A DNA stretch of 64,000 nucleotides from an uncultured Acidobacteriota bacterium (GTDB lineage: Bacteria > Acidobacteriota > UBA6911 > RPQK01 > JAPXNP01), in the NCBI GenBank assembly GCA_963823995.1, contig CAWGNQ010000009.1, positions 173,079-237,078 on the forward strand, written 5' to 3'. This document shows positions 53,682 through 63,508 of this stretch, piece by piece. The notes under the pieces were generated by a model that searched no databases, was not told where the DNA came from, and worked only from the letters and a program-made list of their open reading frames with translations. Within the stretch, counting starts at the first letter, position 1. Every line of letters begins with the position of its first letter. The position numbers and the translations under genes were made by a program.

Positions 53682-55460
53682 TCAGTCGGGGGGCTGCGCG
53701 TGATCGAGAATCCAGTCGCCAATCAGCTCGAGCGTCTCGGGCGCAATCGTCTGTTCGATCGTCGAATACTCGGAGATGGCGCCCGTGCGGGCCCTCTGGA
53801 AGAGATGGTTCAGGCCGGGAAGTTCCACCGTCCTGAAGTCGGTGTTTCCCCCTTCCCGGAGTGCCGATGCGATCGCTTCCAGATCTTCCTTCGGTGGTAC
53901 CTGGAGATCGAGTGAGCCGTTGAGAGCCAGAACCGGACAGCGGACTTTGCGAAGGGCCGTTGTCGGATCGTACGTGACGAAGTAGCGCAGCCAGGGAGAA
54001 TTGACCATTCGAACCTGACTCTCGAGAAAGGCCTGAGTCAATCCTTCCCGCGCTCGTTCCTGTTCGGTCAGCTCAGCTACTCTCTCGCTGACCAGGCGCC
54101 GGAGCTTCTTCTCGGCTGTCGCGGGATCCGGCTCGGCTTTGACGATCTCCAGCATCGCCTGCTGGACTTCCCGGTTCCGAGCGATCTCATCCTCGCTCCT
54201 CCCCGCGGCGCGGCCCATGAGCTCGGCCTGCTTCACGAGGATCTCCTCGCCGGTCAACCCGGTTCCCGCCATCAGCACGATGAATGCAACGTCCGAGGAC
54301 CTCGACGCGGCCAACGGAGCGATCACTCCCCCTTCGCTGTGACCGAGCAGACCGATCCGCTTCGGGTCGATTTCCGGCCGGGTCTTCAGATACCGAATGC
54401 CGCAGAGCACATCATCCGCAAGGTCGGATGTGGTGGCTGCCGAAGTGTCCCCCGTGGAGCCGCCGACACCCCGGTCGTCGGTCCGCAGCACCGCCACACC
54501 CTGCCTCGTGAGCTCGTCGGAGAGCACCCAAAAAGGCCGATGGCCCATAACCGTTTCATTGCGGTCCTGCGGCCCTGAACCGGAGATCAGAATCACCGCC
54601 GCAACCGGTTGTTCGGAGGGCGGCAGGGTCAGCGTCCCGGTCAGCTTGACACCCGCCTCCCGGTTCTCAAATGAGACTTCTTCCTCGGCATACGGGTACG
54701 GAGGCTTCGGTTCCTGGGGTCGTCGAAACTCGATCTGCTCATCCGTCTTTTTGAAGACCAGGGGCAGTGTGGCCCCGCCCTGCTTCCACCGGCCGATGAT
54801 TTCGGTGTGGTCCGTGTTGAACGTTCCTTCATAGGAGGCTGCCGGCATGGCCATCTCAAAACTCAACCGGTCTTTCGTAGCGGTGATCCTGGCAATCTTC
54901 AGATCCCGGGCGCCCTGGTCGATGCTGTCGAGCCTGGCGGACAAAGTGCCGTCGGGACTCCGGTAGATCCGGAGTTGGAGCCGAAGCTCGGTCGGACCCG
55001 CCTTCAGGGTTCCCAGCCATGTACTGTCCAGTTGGAGTTCGGCCTCCCGCTCCTGCGCCGCTTCGACATCGGCCCGGGACAAGTGTTCGAGCCGAAAGGG
55101 CAACTTCGAGGGTCCCTGGCTGAACTCGCCCGTGATCTCATGCCCATCATCGCTGAGGGTGCCATTGAAGGTCGGGTCACCGGGAACTCCAGGCATCTTG
55201 AAAGAGACGTCCGAACCCTGGACTGAGACCTCCGCCAGAGCCATTCCTTTGACACCTTGGGCCGGAATGTCGATTGTCCCCTTCCAGTCCGATTGATCAT
55301 GCTGCAGTTCGACCAGGACCCCGAGCTTTCCGCTGGGAAGCGTGATCTCCCCCTGCCACTCACCCTCCAGTGACACTTGTGCCGACACCGAACATGCCAG
55401 GAACATAAGCGTCACCACTACCGTCACCACTATCGATCCCGCCTGCTTCATTCGATTCAT
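53682..55460 (-). CDS. secreted alpha/beta hydrolase (S9/dienelactone hydrolase-like) with two N-terminal beta-rich repeats
   Basis: ATG 55460 after GGAGGAG (MNRMKQAGSIVVTVVVTLMFLACSVSAQ). ILISGSGPQDRNE, GLLGHSEGG (GxSxG), LNGSLDLQVP, GLNHLF. Two similar ~115-aa N-terminal segments (..WQGEITLPSGKLGVLVEL.. and ..WLGTLKAGPTELRLQLRI..). Confidence 0.8.
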   Translation of the reverse strand: MNRMKQAGSIVVTVVVTLMFLACSVSAQVSLEGEWQGEITLPSGKLGVLVELQHDQSDWKGTIDIPAQGVKGMALAEVSVQGSDVSFKMPGVPGDPTFNGTLSDDGHEITGEFSQGPSKLPFRLEHLSRADVEAAQEREAELQLDSTWLGTLKAGPTELRLQLRIYRSPDGTLSARLDSIDQGARDLKIARITATKDRLSFEMAMPAASYEGTFNTDHTEIIGRWKQGGATLPLVFKKTDEQIEFRRPQEPKPPYPYAEEEVSFENREAGVKLTGTLTLPPSEQPVAAVILISGSGPQDRNETVMGHRPFWVLSDELTRQGVAVLRTDDRGVGGSTGDTSAATTSDLADDVLCGIRYLKTRPEIDPKRIGLLGHSEGGVIAPLAASRSSDVAFIVLMAGTGLTGEEILVKQAELMGRAAGRSEDEIARNREVQQAMLEIVKAEPDPATAEKKLRRLVSERVAELTEQERAREGLTQAFLESQVRMVNSPWLRYFVTYDPTTALRKVRCPVLALNGSLDLQVPPKEDLEAIASALREGGNTDFRTVELPGLNHLFQRARTGAISEYSTIEQTIAPETLELIGDWILDHAQPPD

Positions 55461-55644
55461 CCCATCTCCTCCTCGAGACATCGTCTCCCAACTACGCCGG
55501 CTCGATCCATTTTGTTCAAGAGAAGCACTTCGACCTTGAAATGGAATGGCCTATAATCCGGTCGACTGATCGGGTGTTCTTCCCTGTTCAATTCGCAGGA
55601 AAGCGTACATCCGGCGGCGACGGAATGTCGAAGGAGGAGAAGCC

Positions 55645-56136
55645 ATGCGACGAGTCATATGCACCGCGTGTCTGATGCTGATTTCTGGTCTGCTGATCGC
55701 CCACCCCCATTTCACCAAGACGGTGACGGCCGAGTTGGAAGGGGCCGCATTGGAGCTTCGGTATACGACCTATCCCTACAACGAGGATCGGCTGTCCGCA
55801 GTGCAGGAGGGCTTTGTCTTCCACTGCGGCAGGGCCACCCTTACTGTCGAGGGCGCAGTCTCTGCGGGAGGCCGGGCCATCCCGGCTGGAGAGTATGCGG
55901 TCCGGGCCCAGGCCAAGTCGCTCGATGCTTGGACTTTGATGCTGATTCCTGGCGCCGACGCGCAGGGATCCGATCTTTCCAATGCAATCCGGCTCGAGTC
56001 GACGACCTCGAAGGGACTTCCGGTGGCCCACCACCTGGATCTGGACCTCTACAGCGGGCACGACGCTACCGAGGGGAAAATGATTCTCTCCGTCTCCTTC
56101 GGCCAACGAAAGGTGGAGGGGGTCCTCGATCTTTAG
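55645..56136 (+). CDS. hypothetical secreted protein (DUF2911-like pattern)
   Basis: ATG after AAGGAGGA, with a signal peptide. The GRAIPAGEYAVRAQAKSLDAWTLMLIP pattern resembles DUF2911. This is a weak call by eye. Confidence 0.4.
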   Translation: MRRVICTACLMLISGLLIAHPHFTKTVTAELEGAALELRYTTYPYNEDRLSAVQEGFVFHCGRATLTVEGAVSAGGRAIPAGEYAVRAQAKSLDAWTLMLIPGADAQGSDLSNAIRLESTTSKGLPVAHHLDLDLYSGHDATEGKMILSVSFGQRKVEGVLDL

Positions 56137-56254
56137 TCTCTCCGTTCGGTCGACCTCCGGCCTCGACCGGCTCGCAAGGATGGGCTGACCCATCGTCATC
56201 AGGAACGTATCAGCAGGCGCCATGGTGGCGCCTGCAGCATAAGGAGCCAAGACG

Positions 56255-57571
56255 ATGTCCTCGAGAGCATTTAGATGGTCTTTTCCTGTTCTGATCGCAA
56301 TGTTGTTCGTCTCCATGAAAGTCGTCGCCCAGCCGGTGACGGTCGCCGTGATCAAGGCGGGGCGCCTGATCGATACGGAGAACGGACGGGTCTTGAACGA
56401 CCAGATGATCCTGATCCAGGATGGGACTATCCAGGCCGTCGGACCGTCCATCAGCATACCTACAGGAGCACAGGTGATCGATCTCTCCACCGCGACGGTT
56501 CTGCCCGGGTTGATCGACTGCCACGTCCACATCACCGGAGAATCGAGCGGGAACTACTATGAAAACCTGTTTCGAAGGTCCTTCGTCGATTCCGCCGTCC
56601 TCTCACACCTCTATGCGCGCCGGACTCTCGAAGCGGGTTTCACATCCTGCCGGAGTCTGGGGTCGGAAGGGTTCGTCGACGTGGCCCTGCGCAATGCCAT
56701 CGATCGCGGCGACATCCCCGGTCCGCGACTCGAGGTTGCCGGCTATTACATTTCCTCGACAGGCGGACATGGGGACATGGTGGGCTTCTCCCCGTGGCTT
56801 GGAAGCCTCCTGCCGGAGGAGATGACCGGCATAGCCAATGGGGTCGAAGCAGTCCGTGAAAAGGTCCGCTATCTGGTCAAGTATGGCGCGGATGTCATCA
56901 AGTTCGGCGCCAGTGCCGGCGTGCTGAGTGAAGAAGGGAGCGTCGGAGCGCCCCAGTACACGCAGGAGGAGATGAACGCACTTGTCGATGAGGCATCGAT
57001 GTGGGACCGGAAGGCCTGTGCCCATGCTCACGGCACTGAGGCCATCAAGATGGCCGTTCGTGCGGGGGTAGCCTCCGTCGAACACGGAAGCCTGATCGAC
57101 GACGAGGGCATCGCGCTCATGAAGCAGCATGGCACCTACCTCGTCGCAGACATCTACAACGACGATTACATCCTCTCCGAGTTCGAGAAGCTGGGTTTTC
57201 CCCAGCACATTCTCGACAAGGAAAGGCTGGTGGGCCGCAAGCAGCGGGAAAACTTCCGCAAGGCGGTCGAAGCCGGTGTCAAGATCGCTTACGGTACCGA
57301 CGCCGGTGTCTATCCCCATGGTTGGAACGGAAAGCAGTTCCGGAAGATGGTCGAATGGGGTATGACGCCGATGCAGGCGATCCAGGCTGCGACCGTGCGG
57401 GCAGCGGATCTGCTCGGCTGGCAGGACAAGGTGGGGGTCGTCGGGAAAGGAAAGCTCGCCGACGTCATTGCTGTTGCCGGGGACCCGCTGCAGGATGTGA
57501 GCGTACTCGAAGACGTCGGGTTCGTGATGAAAGACGGCGTGGTCTACAAGAACGCGCTGTCCAGACCTTGA
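56255..57571 (+). CDS. secreted amidohydrolase family metallo-hydrolase
   Basis: ATG 8 nt after AAGGAG, with a signal peptide. LPGLIDCHVHI (HxH), CAHAHG, SVEHGS, AYGTDAG, and a C-terminal ADVIAVAGDPLQDVSVLEDVGFVMKDG typical of this family. Confidence 0.85.
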   Translation: MSSRAFRWSFPVLIAMLFVSMKVVAQPVTVAVIKAGRLIDTENGRVLNDQMILIQDGTIQAVGPSISIPTGAQVIDLSTATVLPGLIDCHVHITGESSGNYYENLFRRSFVDSAVLSHLYARRTLEAGFTSCRSLGSEGFVDVALRNAIDRGDIPGPRLEVAGYYISSTGGHGDMVGFSPWLGSLLPEEMTGIANGVEAVREKVRYLVKYGADVIKFGASAGVLSEEGSVGAPQYTQEEMNALVDEASMWDRKACAHAHGTEAIKMAVRAGVASVEHGSLIDDEGIALMKQHGTYLVADIYNDDYILSEFEKLGFPQHILDKERLVGRKQRENFRKAVEAGVKIAYGTDAGVYPHGWNGKQFRKMVEWGMTPMQAIQAATVRAADLLGWQDKVGVVGKGKLADVIAVAGDPLQDVSVLEDVGFVMKDGVVYKNALSRP

Positions 57572-57781
57572 CTTCACCCCGACTTTTCGACGACCGCTCC
57601 GACGCATCGACAAACGGTCTGCGGACGCCGACTTTGTGAGAGTGTTCCGACAATTGGTCCGAAACGGATGGACCGATGGTGCGATTGACGACACAGTGGA
57701 AATAACGATACGCTCATGTAAAGTTGCGATTGACCTTCGAATCTCGTTCCTCTGGCGACCTGCGTATGATCCGGACAAATT

Positions 57782-58942
57782 GTGGGTACTGAAATCAAGA
57801 CCGGAAGATGCCTTATCTTTTGCGGAATTCTATTGACCTTCGCCTGGATCTCCTGCGGTGGTTCGGATTCCGCGACCGCCGATCGTCCTTCGGGAAATGG
57901 CGCCTCCCTGCCGAACGATCCAAGGGCAGTCGCGGCATTGGGTCGGATCGAGCCCACGAACGGCTTCATCGAGATAGCGACCGGGACACCGGACCGGGTT
58001 TCCAGCATCCGCGCCGACGAAGGGGACTGGGTCGAGGCGGGTGCGGTGCTTCTCGTACTCGAATCTCACGCTGAGCGTCAACGGGCGGTCGATCTGGCTC
58101 GAACGACGCTCGAGGAAGAGCGCCGGCGTCACGTTCGCGAGCTGGAATTGGCCCGAGCGAAGCTCAAGGAGGCTGAGGCGGGTCTCGATCAGGCTCGCAG
58201 GCTCCTTCCTCTCGATGTGAAAGCCTGTCAGGCCGAAGTCGAGCGCCTACGGATCCAACTGGCCGATGCCCGTACGAACCTTCATCGATTCGACACGCTT
58301 GCGGACCGGAATTCCGTTTCGGAAAGCGAAAAGCAACAGTACGAAACAGCATTCAAGGAGGCTGAGAAGTCGCTCGAGGCTGCGACCACAAGGCTCGAAG
58401 AGGCGCGGGTCAAGCAGGAAGTAGAACTGGTCCAGGCTCAACGTCGCGTTGATACGGCTCGGGCCTCGCTCGAGCGGGTGGTCGACTCCGACAACCTGGA
58501 GGGGCTGCAGAAACAGCTGGCCCTTACCGAGACCCAGCTCGAGCAAACGATCATTCGCGCCCCTACAGCCGGCGAGATCCTCAAGATCTTTGCCCGACCC
58601 GGTGAGGCGGCTTCCGGCAGCCCCATGATCCTGCTTGGTGATACCAAGCGACTGTGTGTCGTGGCCGAAGTCTACGAGACCGACGTCGGGCTGGTATCGA
58701 AGGGACAGCGTGCCCGGGTGACCAGCCGTGCGCTGTCGGGCGAGCTCGGCGGTTCGGTCCAGTCAGTGGGCCATCTGATCCTCAGAAATCAGCTCCGGGA
58801 CCTCGATCCGGCCGCCAGAGTCGACCGCAGGGTCGTCGAAGTCCGCATCCTGCTCGATGATCCGGAGGCAGCGCGCAGGTTTCTCAACCTGCAAGTCGAC
58901 GTGGAGATCTTCACCGGCTCCGGGACAGCGGAGGAGACGTAG
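57782..58942 (+). CDS. membrane fusion protein, DevB-type (HlyD family) ABC exporter adaptor
   Basis: GTG start with an N-terminal anchor. VAALGRIEPTNGFIEIA..RVSSIRADEGDWVEAGAVLLVLES, a long coiled-coil, IIRAPTAGEILKIFARPGE, and VVAEVYETDVGLVSKGQRARV. Confidence 0.8.
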   Translation: MGTEIKTGRCLIFCGILLTFAWISCGGSDSATADRPSGNGASLPNDPRAVAALGRIEPTNGFIEIATGTPDRVSSIRADEGDWVEAGAVLLVLESHAERQRAVDLARTTLEEERRRHVRELELARAKLKEAEAGLDQARRLLPLDVKACQAEVERLRIQLADARTNLHRFDTLADRNSVSESEKQQYETAFKEAEKSLEAATTRLEEARVKQEVELVQAQRRVDTARASLERVVDSDNLEGLQKQLALTETQLEQTIIRAPTAGEILKIFARPGEAASGSPMILLGDTKRLCVVAEVYETDVGLVSKGQRARVTSRALSGELGGSVQSVGHLILRNQLRDLDPAARVDRRVVEVRILLDDPEAARRFLNLQVDVEIFTGSGTAEET

Positions 58943-58947
58943 CGTCC

Positions 58948-60063
58948 ATGCGCGGTACGTTCATCCTGAGGGGCTATTTCCACCGTCCCTATCGGACTGC
59001 GGCCGCAGTACTGGGCATCGCGCTTCCTATCGTTGCCATACTGATCCAGTTTGGGTTCTACGGTGCCGTGATGACGACATCGACGCAGTTCTACACTCAT
59101 CTCCGCTTCCACGTGGCCCTTCTTTCACCCGACTACCTGGTGTTTTCCCGACCGGGCTCGATTCCCCGGGAGAGGCTGACACAGTCACTGAGTGTTCCAG
59201 GTGTCGAAGGCGCCGAACCGCTTTCGGTCGCATTCCTGGATTGGCGAAATCCGCGTTCAGGCGATGTGCAACAGATTCTGGTGCTAGCGGTCGATCCCGA
59301 ACGGAATCCGTTCCTGGCTCTTGCAGATACCCGACAAATCGCGATGCGGGATACTGTCATGTTCGATCGATACTCGCGACCCGACCTGGGTTCCTGGAGG
59401 GAAGGTATGGTCGCCGAACTCGGAGACCATGCCGTGAGAATCGCCGACACGTTCACATTTGGGCCGGGGTTCTCTGCGCTGGGACTTTGCGTGGTTTCCG
59501 AGCGCACTCTGGAGAGCATTACCAATCGCCCGGAACTTGTCAGTATGGGACTGGTGCAGACCGTCCCAACCGAAGCAGCCGCCGTCACAGCCGCACGACT
59601 CCGTCGAATTCTGCCCGACGATGTGATCGTCAGAACCAGGGAGCAGCTGCTGGACCAGGAAGCCGGCTACTGGCGAAACGCGACCTCCCTGGGCATCAAC
59701 TTGACGGTCGGTTGTGGTGTCTCGATCCTCGTCGGAATCATTGTCCTCTACAATTTCCTGAGCTCCGACATTTCGAGCCGCCTGTCCGAATACGCCACGT
59801 TGAAGGCCATGGGATACGACGACCGGATGCTCGCGTCTCTGGTCCGGCTCCAGGCCGTCGGATTCGCACTGATGGCCTTGCCGATCTCACTCGTTCTGGC
59901 TGACTTCGGCTACCGCGTGACGCGTCACCAGACCTTCCTTCCAGTAGAAATGACCTGGTTTCGGGGAACCGGCGTTCTGGCCCTGGGACTGGCGATGGCG
60001 GCATTCTCGGCCCAATTCGCACTCCGGCGTCTCGAGCACGCAGATCCGGGAGACCTCTTTTGA
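58948..60063 (+). CDS. FtsX-fold ABC exporter permease, DevC-like (paralogue 1)
   Basis: 371 aa. TM1 (YRTAAAVLGIALPIVAILIQFGF), a ~200-aa periplasmic domain, then three C-terminal TM segments (FtsX/MacB topology). Begins 5 nt after devB-like stop. Confidence 0.75.
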   Translation: MRGTFILRGYFHRPYRTAAAVLGIALPIVAILIQFGFYGAVMTTSTQFYTHLRFHVALLSPDYLVFSRPGSIPRERLTQSLSVPGVEGAEPLSVAFLDWRNPRSGDVQQILVLAVDPERNPFLALADTRQIAMRDTVMFDRYSRPDLGSWREGMVAELGDHAVRIADTFTFGPGFSALGLCVVSERTLESITNRPELVSMGLVQTVPTEAAAVTAARLRRILPDDVIVRTREQLLDQEAGYWRNATSLGINLTVGCGVSILVGIIVLYNFLSSDISSRLSEYATLKAMGYDDRMLASLVRLQAVGFALMALPISLVLADFGYRVTRHQTFLPVEMTWFRGTGVLALGLAMAAFSAQFALRRLEHADPGDLF

Positions 60064-61229
60064 AGCGTCGCCGGGCCGTACTGCTCTCGAGGATGCTCCA
60101 TCTGTCCTGGTCGAACCTGCGCTATTCTCCGGGAAGACTCGTCCTTTCGATCGCGACGGTTGCCGCGGCGGGATTGCTGATGTTCACGCAACTCGGATTT
60201 CTCGATGCGTCGCTCGACAGTCAGGGTCGGGTCGTGGCGCAAGCGAAGCCAGACTTGGTCGTCGTCTCGCGTGGCCGGGCGTCGCTGATTTCCGATACCC
60301 GGTTTCCGCTCGAGCGCCTGGCCCAGATCAAGGCCCTCGACGGTGTCTCCAAGGCCCGGCCGCTTTACCTCGACAGCCGCAGATTCCGCCTTCGCAATCC
60401 ACGGACCGGCAGGCGACTGCTGGTGCGGGTGATTGCCGTCGATCGCACGTCGAAGACGTTCCCCGAGTTTCGCGTTGCGGGCGCTGAGGAGGCGGACACC
60501 TTGCTGATCGACCGCCGATCCAAGCCGTTCCTTGGAACTTTCGAAATCGGATCGACGATTGAGCTCGAGGGCCGAAGGTACCGAATCGCAGGCTTCTTCA
60601 GCCTCGGATCGGACTTCGTCAATGACGGCAGTGTCCTGATGACGACGCAAAACCTGCAGCGTCTGCTTCCGAACGGTGGGGCCGCCAGATTGGATCAGGT
60701 CGATGTCGGGCTCGTATCGATCGAGCCCGGAGCGTCGACTGATCAGATTTTGCGCCGGGCCCGCGCGCGGCTGCCCGACGACGTCGAGGTTTTCATGCTT
60801 CGGGATTTCCTCGCAAAGGAGCGAGAGTTCTGGCGGGATCATACGATCGTCGGATTCGTCTTCACGCTGGGTACACTGGTGGGGCTGGTTGTCGGAACCG
60901 TCATTTGCGTGCAGTTGCTCTATTCGATCGTTTGGGACTTCCGGAAGCAGTTTTCCACGTTGAGTGCCATCGGTTTTCAGCGGTCCTTCATCGTCGGAGC
61001 GGTCGCTTCCAAGGCGATCTTCCTCGCGGTTGCAGGGTTCGTTCCGGCCTGGATCGTCTCGAGCGTCCTTTACGCCGGACTGTCGGCCATGACCGGCCTC
61101 ACGTTCGAAATGCGGTTCTACCGCAGCATTCTCGTTTTCGGACTGACCGTATTGATGACACTCATTGCCTCGGTGTCTGCGGTGCAACCCCTGCTTCGTG
61201 AGGATCCGGCACGGCTTTTCGGGGACTAG
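60060..61229 (+). CDS. FtsX-fold ABC exporter permease, DevC-like (paralogue 2)
   Basis: Same topology as paralogue 1 but clearly diverged in sequence. TTG 60060 overlaps the upstream stop (TTGA). Alternative ATG at 60093 (MLHLSWSNLRYSPGRL). Confidence 0.7.
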   Translation: MKRRRAVLLSRMLHLSWSNLRYSPGRLVLSIATVAAAGLLMFTQLGFLDASLDSQGRVVAQAKPDLVVVSRGRASLISDTRFPLERLAQIKALDGVSKARPLYLDSRRFRLRNPRTGRRLLVRVIAVDRTSKTFPEFRVAGAEEADTLLIDRRSKPFLGTFEIGSTIELEGRRYRIAGFFSLGSDFVNDGSVLMTTQNLQRLLPNGGAARLDQVDVGLVSIEPGASTDQILRRARARLPDDVEVFMLRDFLAKEREFWRDHTIVGFVFTLGTLVGLVVGTVICVQLLYSIVWDFRKQFSTLSAIGFQRSFIVGAVASKAIFLAVAGFVPAWIVSSVLYAGLSAMTGLTFEMRFYRSILVFGLTVLMTLIASVSAVQPLLREDPARLFGD

Positions 61230-61266
61230 TGGGAGGACACCTGAGACGCAGAACGGAAGACAGACG

Positions 61267-62367
61267 ATGAGTTCGCAATCGGAAAGCCGGAAGACGCCTG
61301 CGCTGCTTCGGGTTTCTTCGGTCTCCCACCGTTTTCGCGCCGAGGAAATCGACGTACTGAGAGACATCGATCTCGAGTTGGCCTCCGGGGAGGTGATGGT
61401 TCTCACGGGTCCGTCCGGATCGGGCAAAACGACACTCTTGACACTGATCGGGGCCGTGCGATCCCTGCATCAGGGGAGCATCCGGGTTGACGGAACCGAA
61501 CTGGCCGGTCTTTCTCCCCGGGAAATGGTCCGGGTACGCCGCCACATCGGCTTCATCTTTCAGCATCACGCGCTCTTTCCCTCCCTGTCTGCTCTCCAAA
61601 ACGTCGAACTTGCCTTCGGAGTCGAAGCGGTCACTCGGGCCGAGGGGCGCAGACGGTCCAAGGCGATTCTGAGCGAACTCGGCCTCGGAGAACGACTCGA
61701 TTACCGGCCCGACTCGCTCTCGGGCGGTCAATGCCAAAGGGTTGCCGTCGCGCGCGCGCTCGTCAGGCGACCTCGGCTCATTCTCGCCGATGAACCGACG
61801 GCTGCGCTCGATAGTGCATCGAGTCGCGTCGTCGTGGAGCGCCTCCGCACCCTGGCCGATCAGGAAGACGCAGGCGTCATCATCGTGACCCATGACAACC
61901 GTATCCTGGACGTCGCCGACCGAATCGTGAACCTGATCGACGGTCAGATAGCTTCGGATGTTCATGTCGGGGAGACCCTGTCGATCTGCCGATTTCTGCA
62001 GGCATGTCCGGTCTTCTCCGCACTTGCGGTACGAGAGCTTGTGGAAGTGTCCCAACACATGCTCACATCGGACGCATTCCCCGGGGAGGAAATCGTACGC
62101 CAGGGGGAGACGGGGGACCGTTTCTATCTCGTTCGGTCGGGTCTGGTTGAAGTTGTCCGCGACGGTAAGGTGCTGGCTCGCCTGGGAGAAGGCGAGTTCT
62201 TCGGCGAGGCAGCCCTGATCTCCGGTTCACCCCGCAACGCGACGGTTCGCGCGCTCGAGCCGTCGAAGCTTTACTCGCTCGGGAAGGATCGGTTCGATCT
62301 CTCTCTCGAGCGGAGCGCCGACTTCAAATCCCGGCTTCTGGACACCTTCTTCCAGCGACTGCCATGA
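61267..62367 (+). CDS. DevA/MacB-type ABC ATP-binding protein fused to a C-terminal cyclic-nucleotide-binding (CAP effector) domain
   Basis: ATG 61267 (MSSQSESRKTPALLRVSSVSHRF). Walker A GPSGSGKTT, signature LSGGQCQRVAVARAL, Walker B LILADEPTAALD, H-loop VTHD. Then ~125 aa: FLQACPVFSAL..GEEIVRQGETGDRFYLVRSGLVEVV..LGEGEFFGEAALISGSPRNATVRA. Confidence 0.85.
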   Translation: MSSQSESRKTPALLRVSSVSHRFRAEEIDVLRDIDLELASGEVMVLTGPSGSGKTTLLTLIGAVRSLHQGSIRVDGTELAGLSPREMVRVRRHIGFIFQHHALFPSLSALQNVELAFGVEAVTRAEGRRRSKAILSELGLGERLDYRPDSLSGGQCQRVAVARALVRRPRLILADEPTAALDSASSRVVVERLRTLADQEDAGVIIVTHDNRILDVADRIVNLIDGQIASDVHVGETLSICRFLQACPVFSALAVRELVEVSQHMLTSDAFPGEEIVRQGETGDRFYLVRSGLVEVVRDGKVLARLGEGEFFGEAALISGSPRNATVRALEPSKLYSLGKDRFDLSLERSADFKSRLLDTFFQRLP

Positions 62368-62405
62368 CCGGAAGGTTCGCGGCCGATCGGTGCCGTGGAC
62401 TCCGC

Positions 62406-63062
62406 TCACGGTTCCCGCGCAGACCGGCAGGTCGAAGCAGTCTCCTCGCCATCGGACTCGCCAACCGATTCCCCATAGGGAGTGGGCAGGAGGGAGTCCC
62501 GCGAGTACGGAGGGTCCTCGTGGGCGGGAAGCTCGTCCTCAGGCCAATCGTCCTCCCAAAACGCCCGCTCCACCTCGTCCGCGTAATACTTGAGATACAG
62601 CTCGATATCCCGGTTGCTGTAACCTCCGAGGATGTCGAAGTGGATCGCGCTGTCGGGGCCGATCGCCCGGGTCGTGCACTCACGCATCTCGGAACTGCAG
62701 AGAACCTCATAGAGCTGGCGGTCCGACAAGTGGTCGGTCTGCTCCAGGAAGATGCGTCGTTTCTCCAGTTCACGGATCTTCTGCCACAGGAGTCCATGAA
62801 CTTCCTCGTCCGAGAGATCGTCAAGGCTTGGAAACTCCAGGGGCGGGAGCTTGACGACCGGCACGAGGCCCATGTCTTCTTCTTCATACTGCACGACGTC
62901 TCTCAGGAACTTCTCGATGATCTCCGGCGGTGCGTTTTCGTTTTCATAGTGCAATGCTTCGCCGCCGCTCAATTCCTCGAGCCTGCGTTTGAGACGCGAG
63001 ATCCGTTCCTGTTGAGGTAGGGTTTCGAGCTCGCTCCAATCAAAAGGTTGTGTCACTTCCAT
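62406..63062 (-). CDS. hypothetical acidic protein
   Basis: 218 aa. ATG preceded by GGAGAGGAGGAG. Very Glu/Asp-rich with no TM or signal peptide. I recognise no family. Confidence 0.5.
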   Translation of the reverse strand: MEVTQPFDWSELETLPQQERISRLKRRLEELSGGEALHYENENAPPEIIEKFLRDVVQYEEEDMGLVPVVKLPPLEFPSLDDLSDEEVHGLLWQKIRELEKRRIFLEQTDHLSDRQLYEVLCSSEMRECTTRAIGPDSAIHFDILGGYSNRDIELYLKYYADEVERAFWEDDWPEDELPAHEDPPYSRDSLLPTPYGESVGESDGEETASTCRSAREP

Positions 63063-63354
63063 TTCTCTCCTCCTCTCCGGTCGATTCGCGATGTTCTCTA
63101 CCTACCTATTAACGTTCGACTCAGGAAATCTGCGAATCCGCGAGAGCCCTCCCGTGGACAAAATACGGGAGCTACAGACAAGAAGATGGAGGATCGCAGC
63201 CGAGGACATCACGGGATTCGAGGCGTCGGAACCGCTGGGGACTCACTGATTCGATCACCTTGGCGAATTCCGGCGGATCCGAACTGCGCGGAGCCGGGAA
63301 GGGGTTGTAGCGCGCGGCGGTCGTGCACGGATGCGGCGGGGGAACCGGCAGCGT

Positions 63355-63508
63355 CAGAGCCGGAACGCAGTGAGGGATGCAAATGCCCAACCTTCGAGGC
63401 CCGGCCATTCCCGTGAAAGCCCCCGCGCTGCCGCGGGTGTCCGTCCGGGGTAAGGAGCGGGGGATTCGACAGCCGCACAGTGGGGTCCCTCACTTCGTTC
63501 CGGCTCTG
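63355..63508. repeat. family B inverted-repeat element (second locus, ~105-bp spacer)
   Basis: CAGAGCCGGAACGCAGTGAGGGA (63355-63377) pairs with GGGGTCCCTCACTTCGTTCCGGCTCTG (63482-63508). The arms match those at 49754/49847 apart from a few substitutions. Confidence 0.6.
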
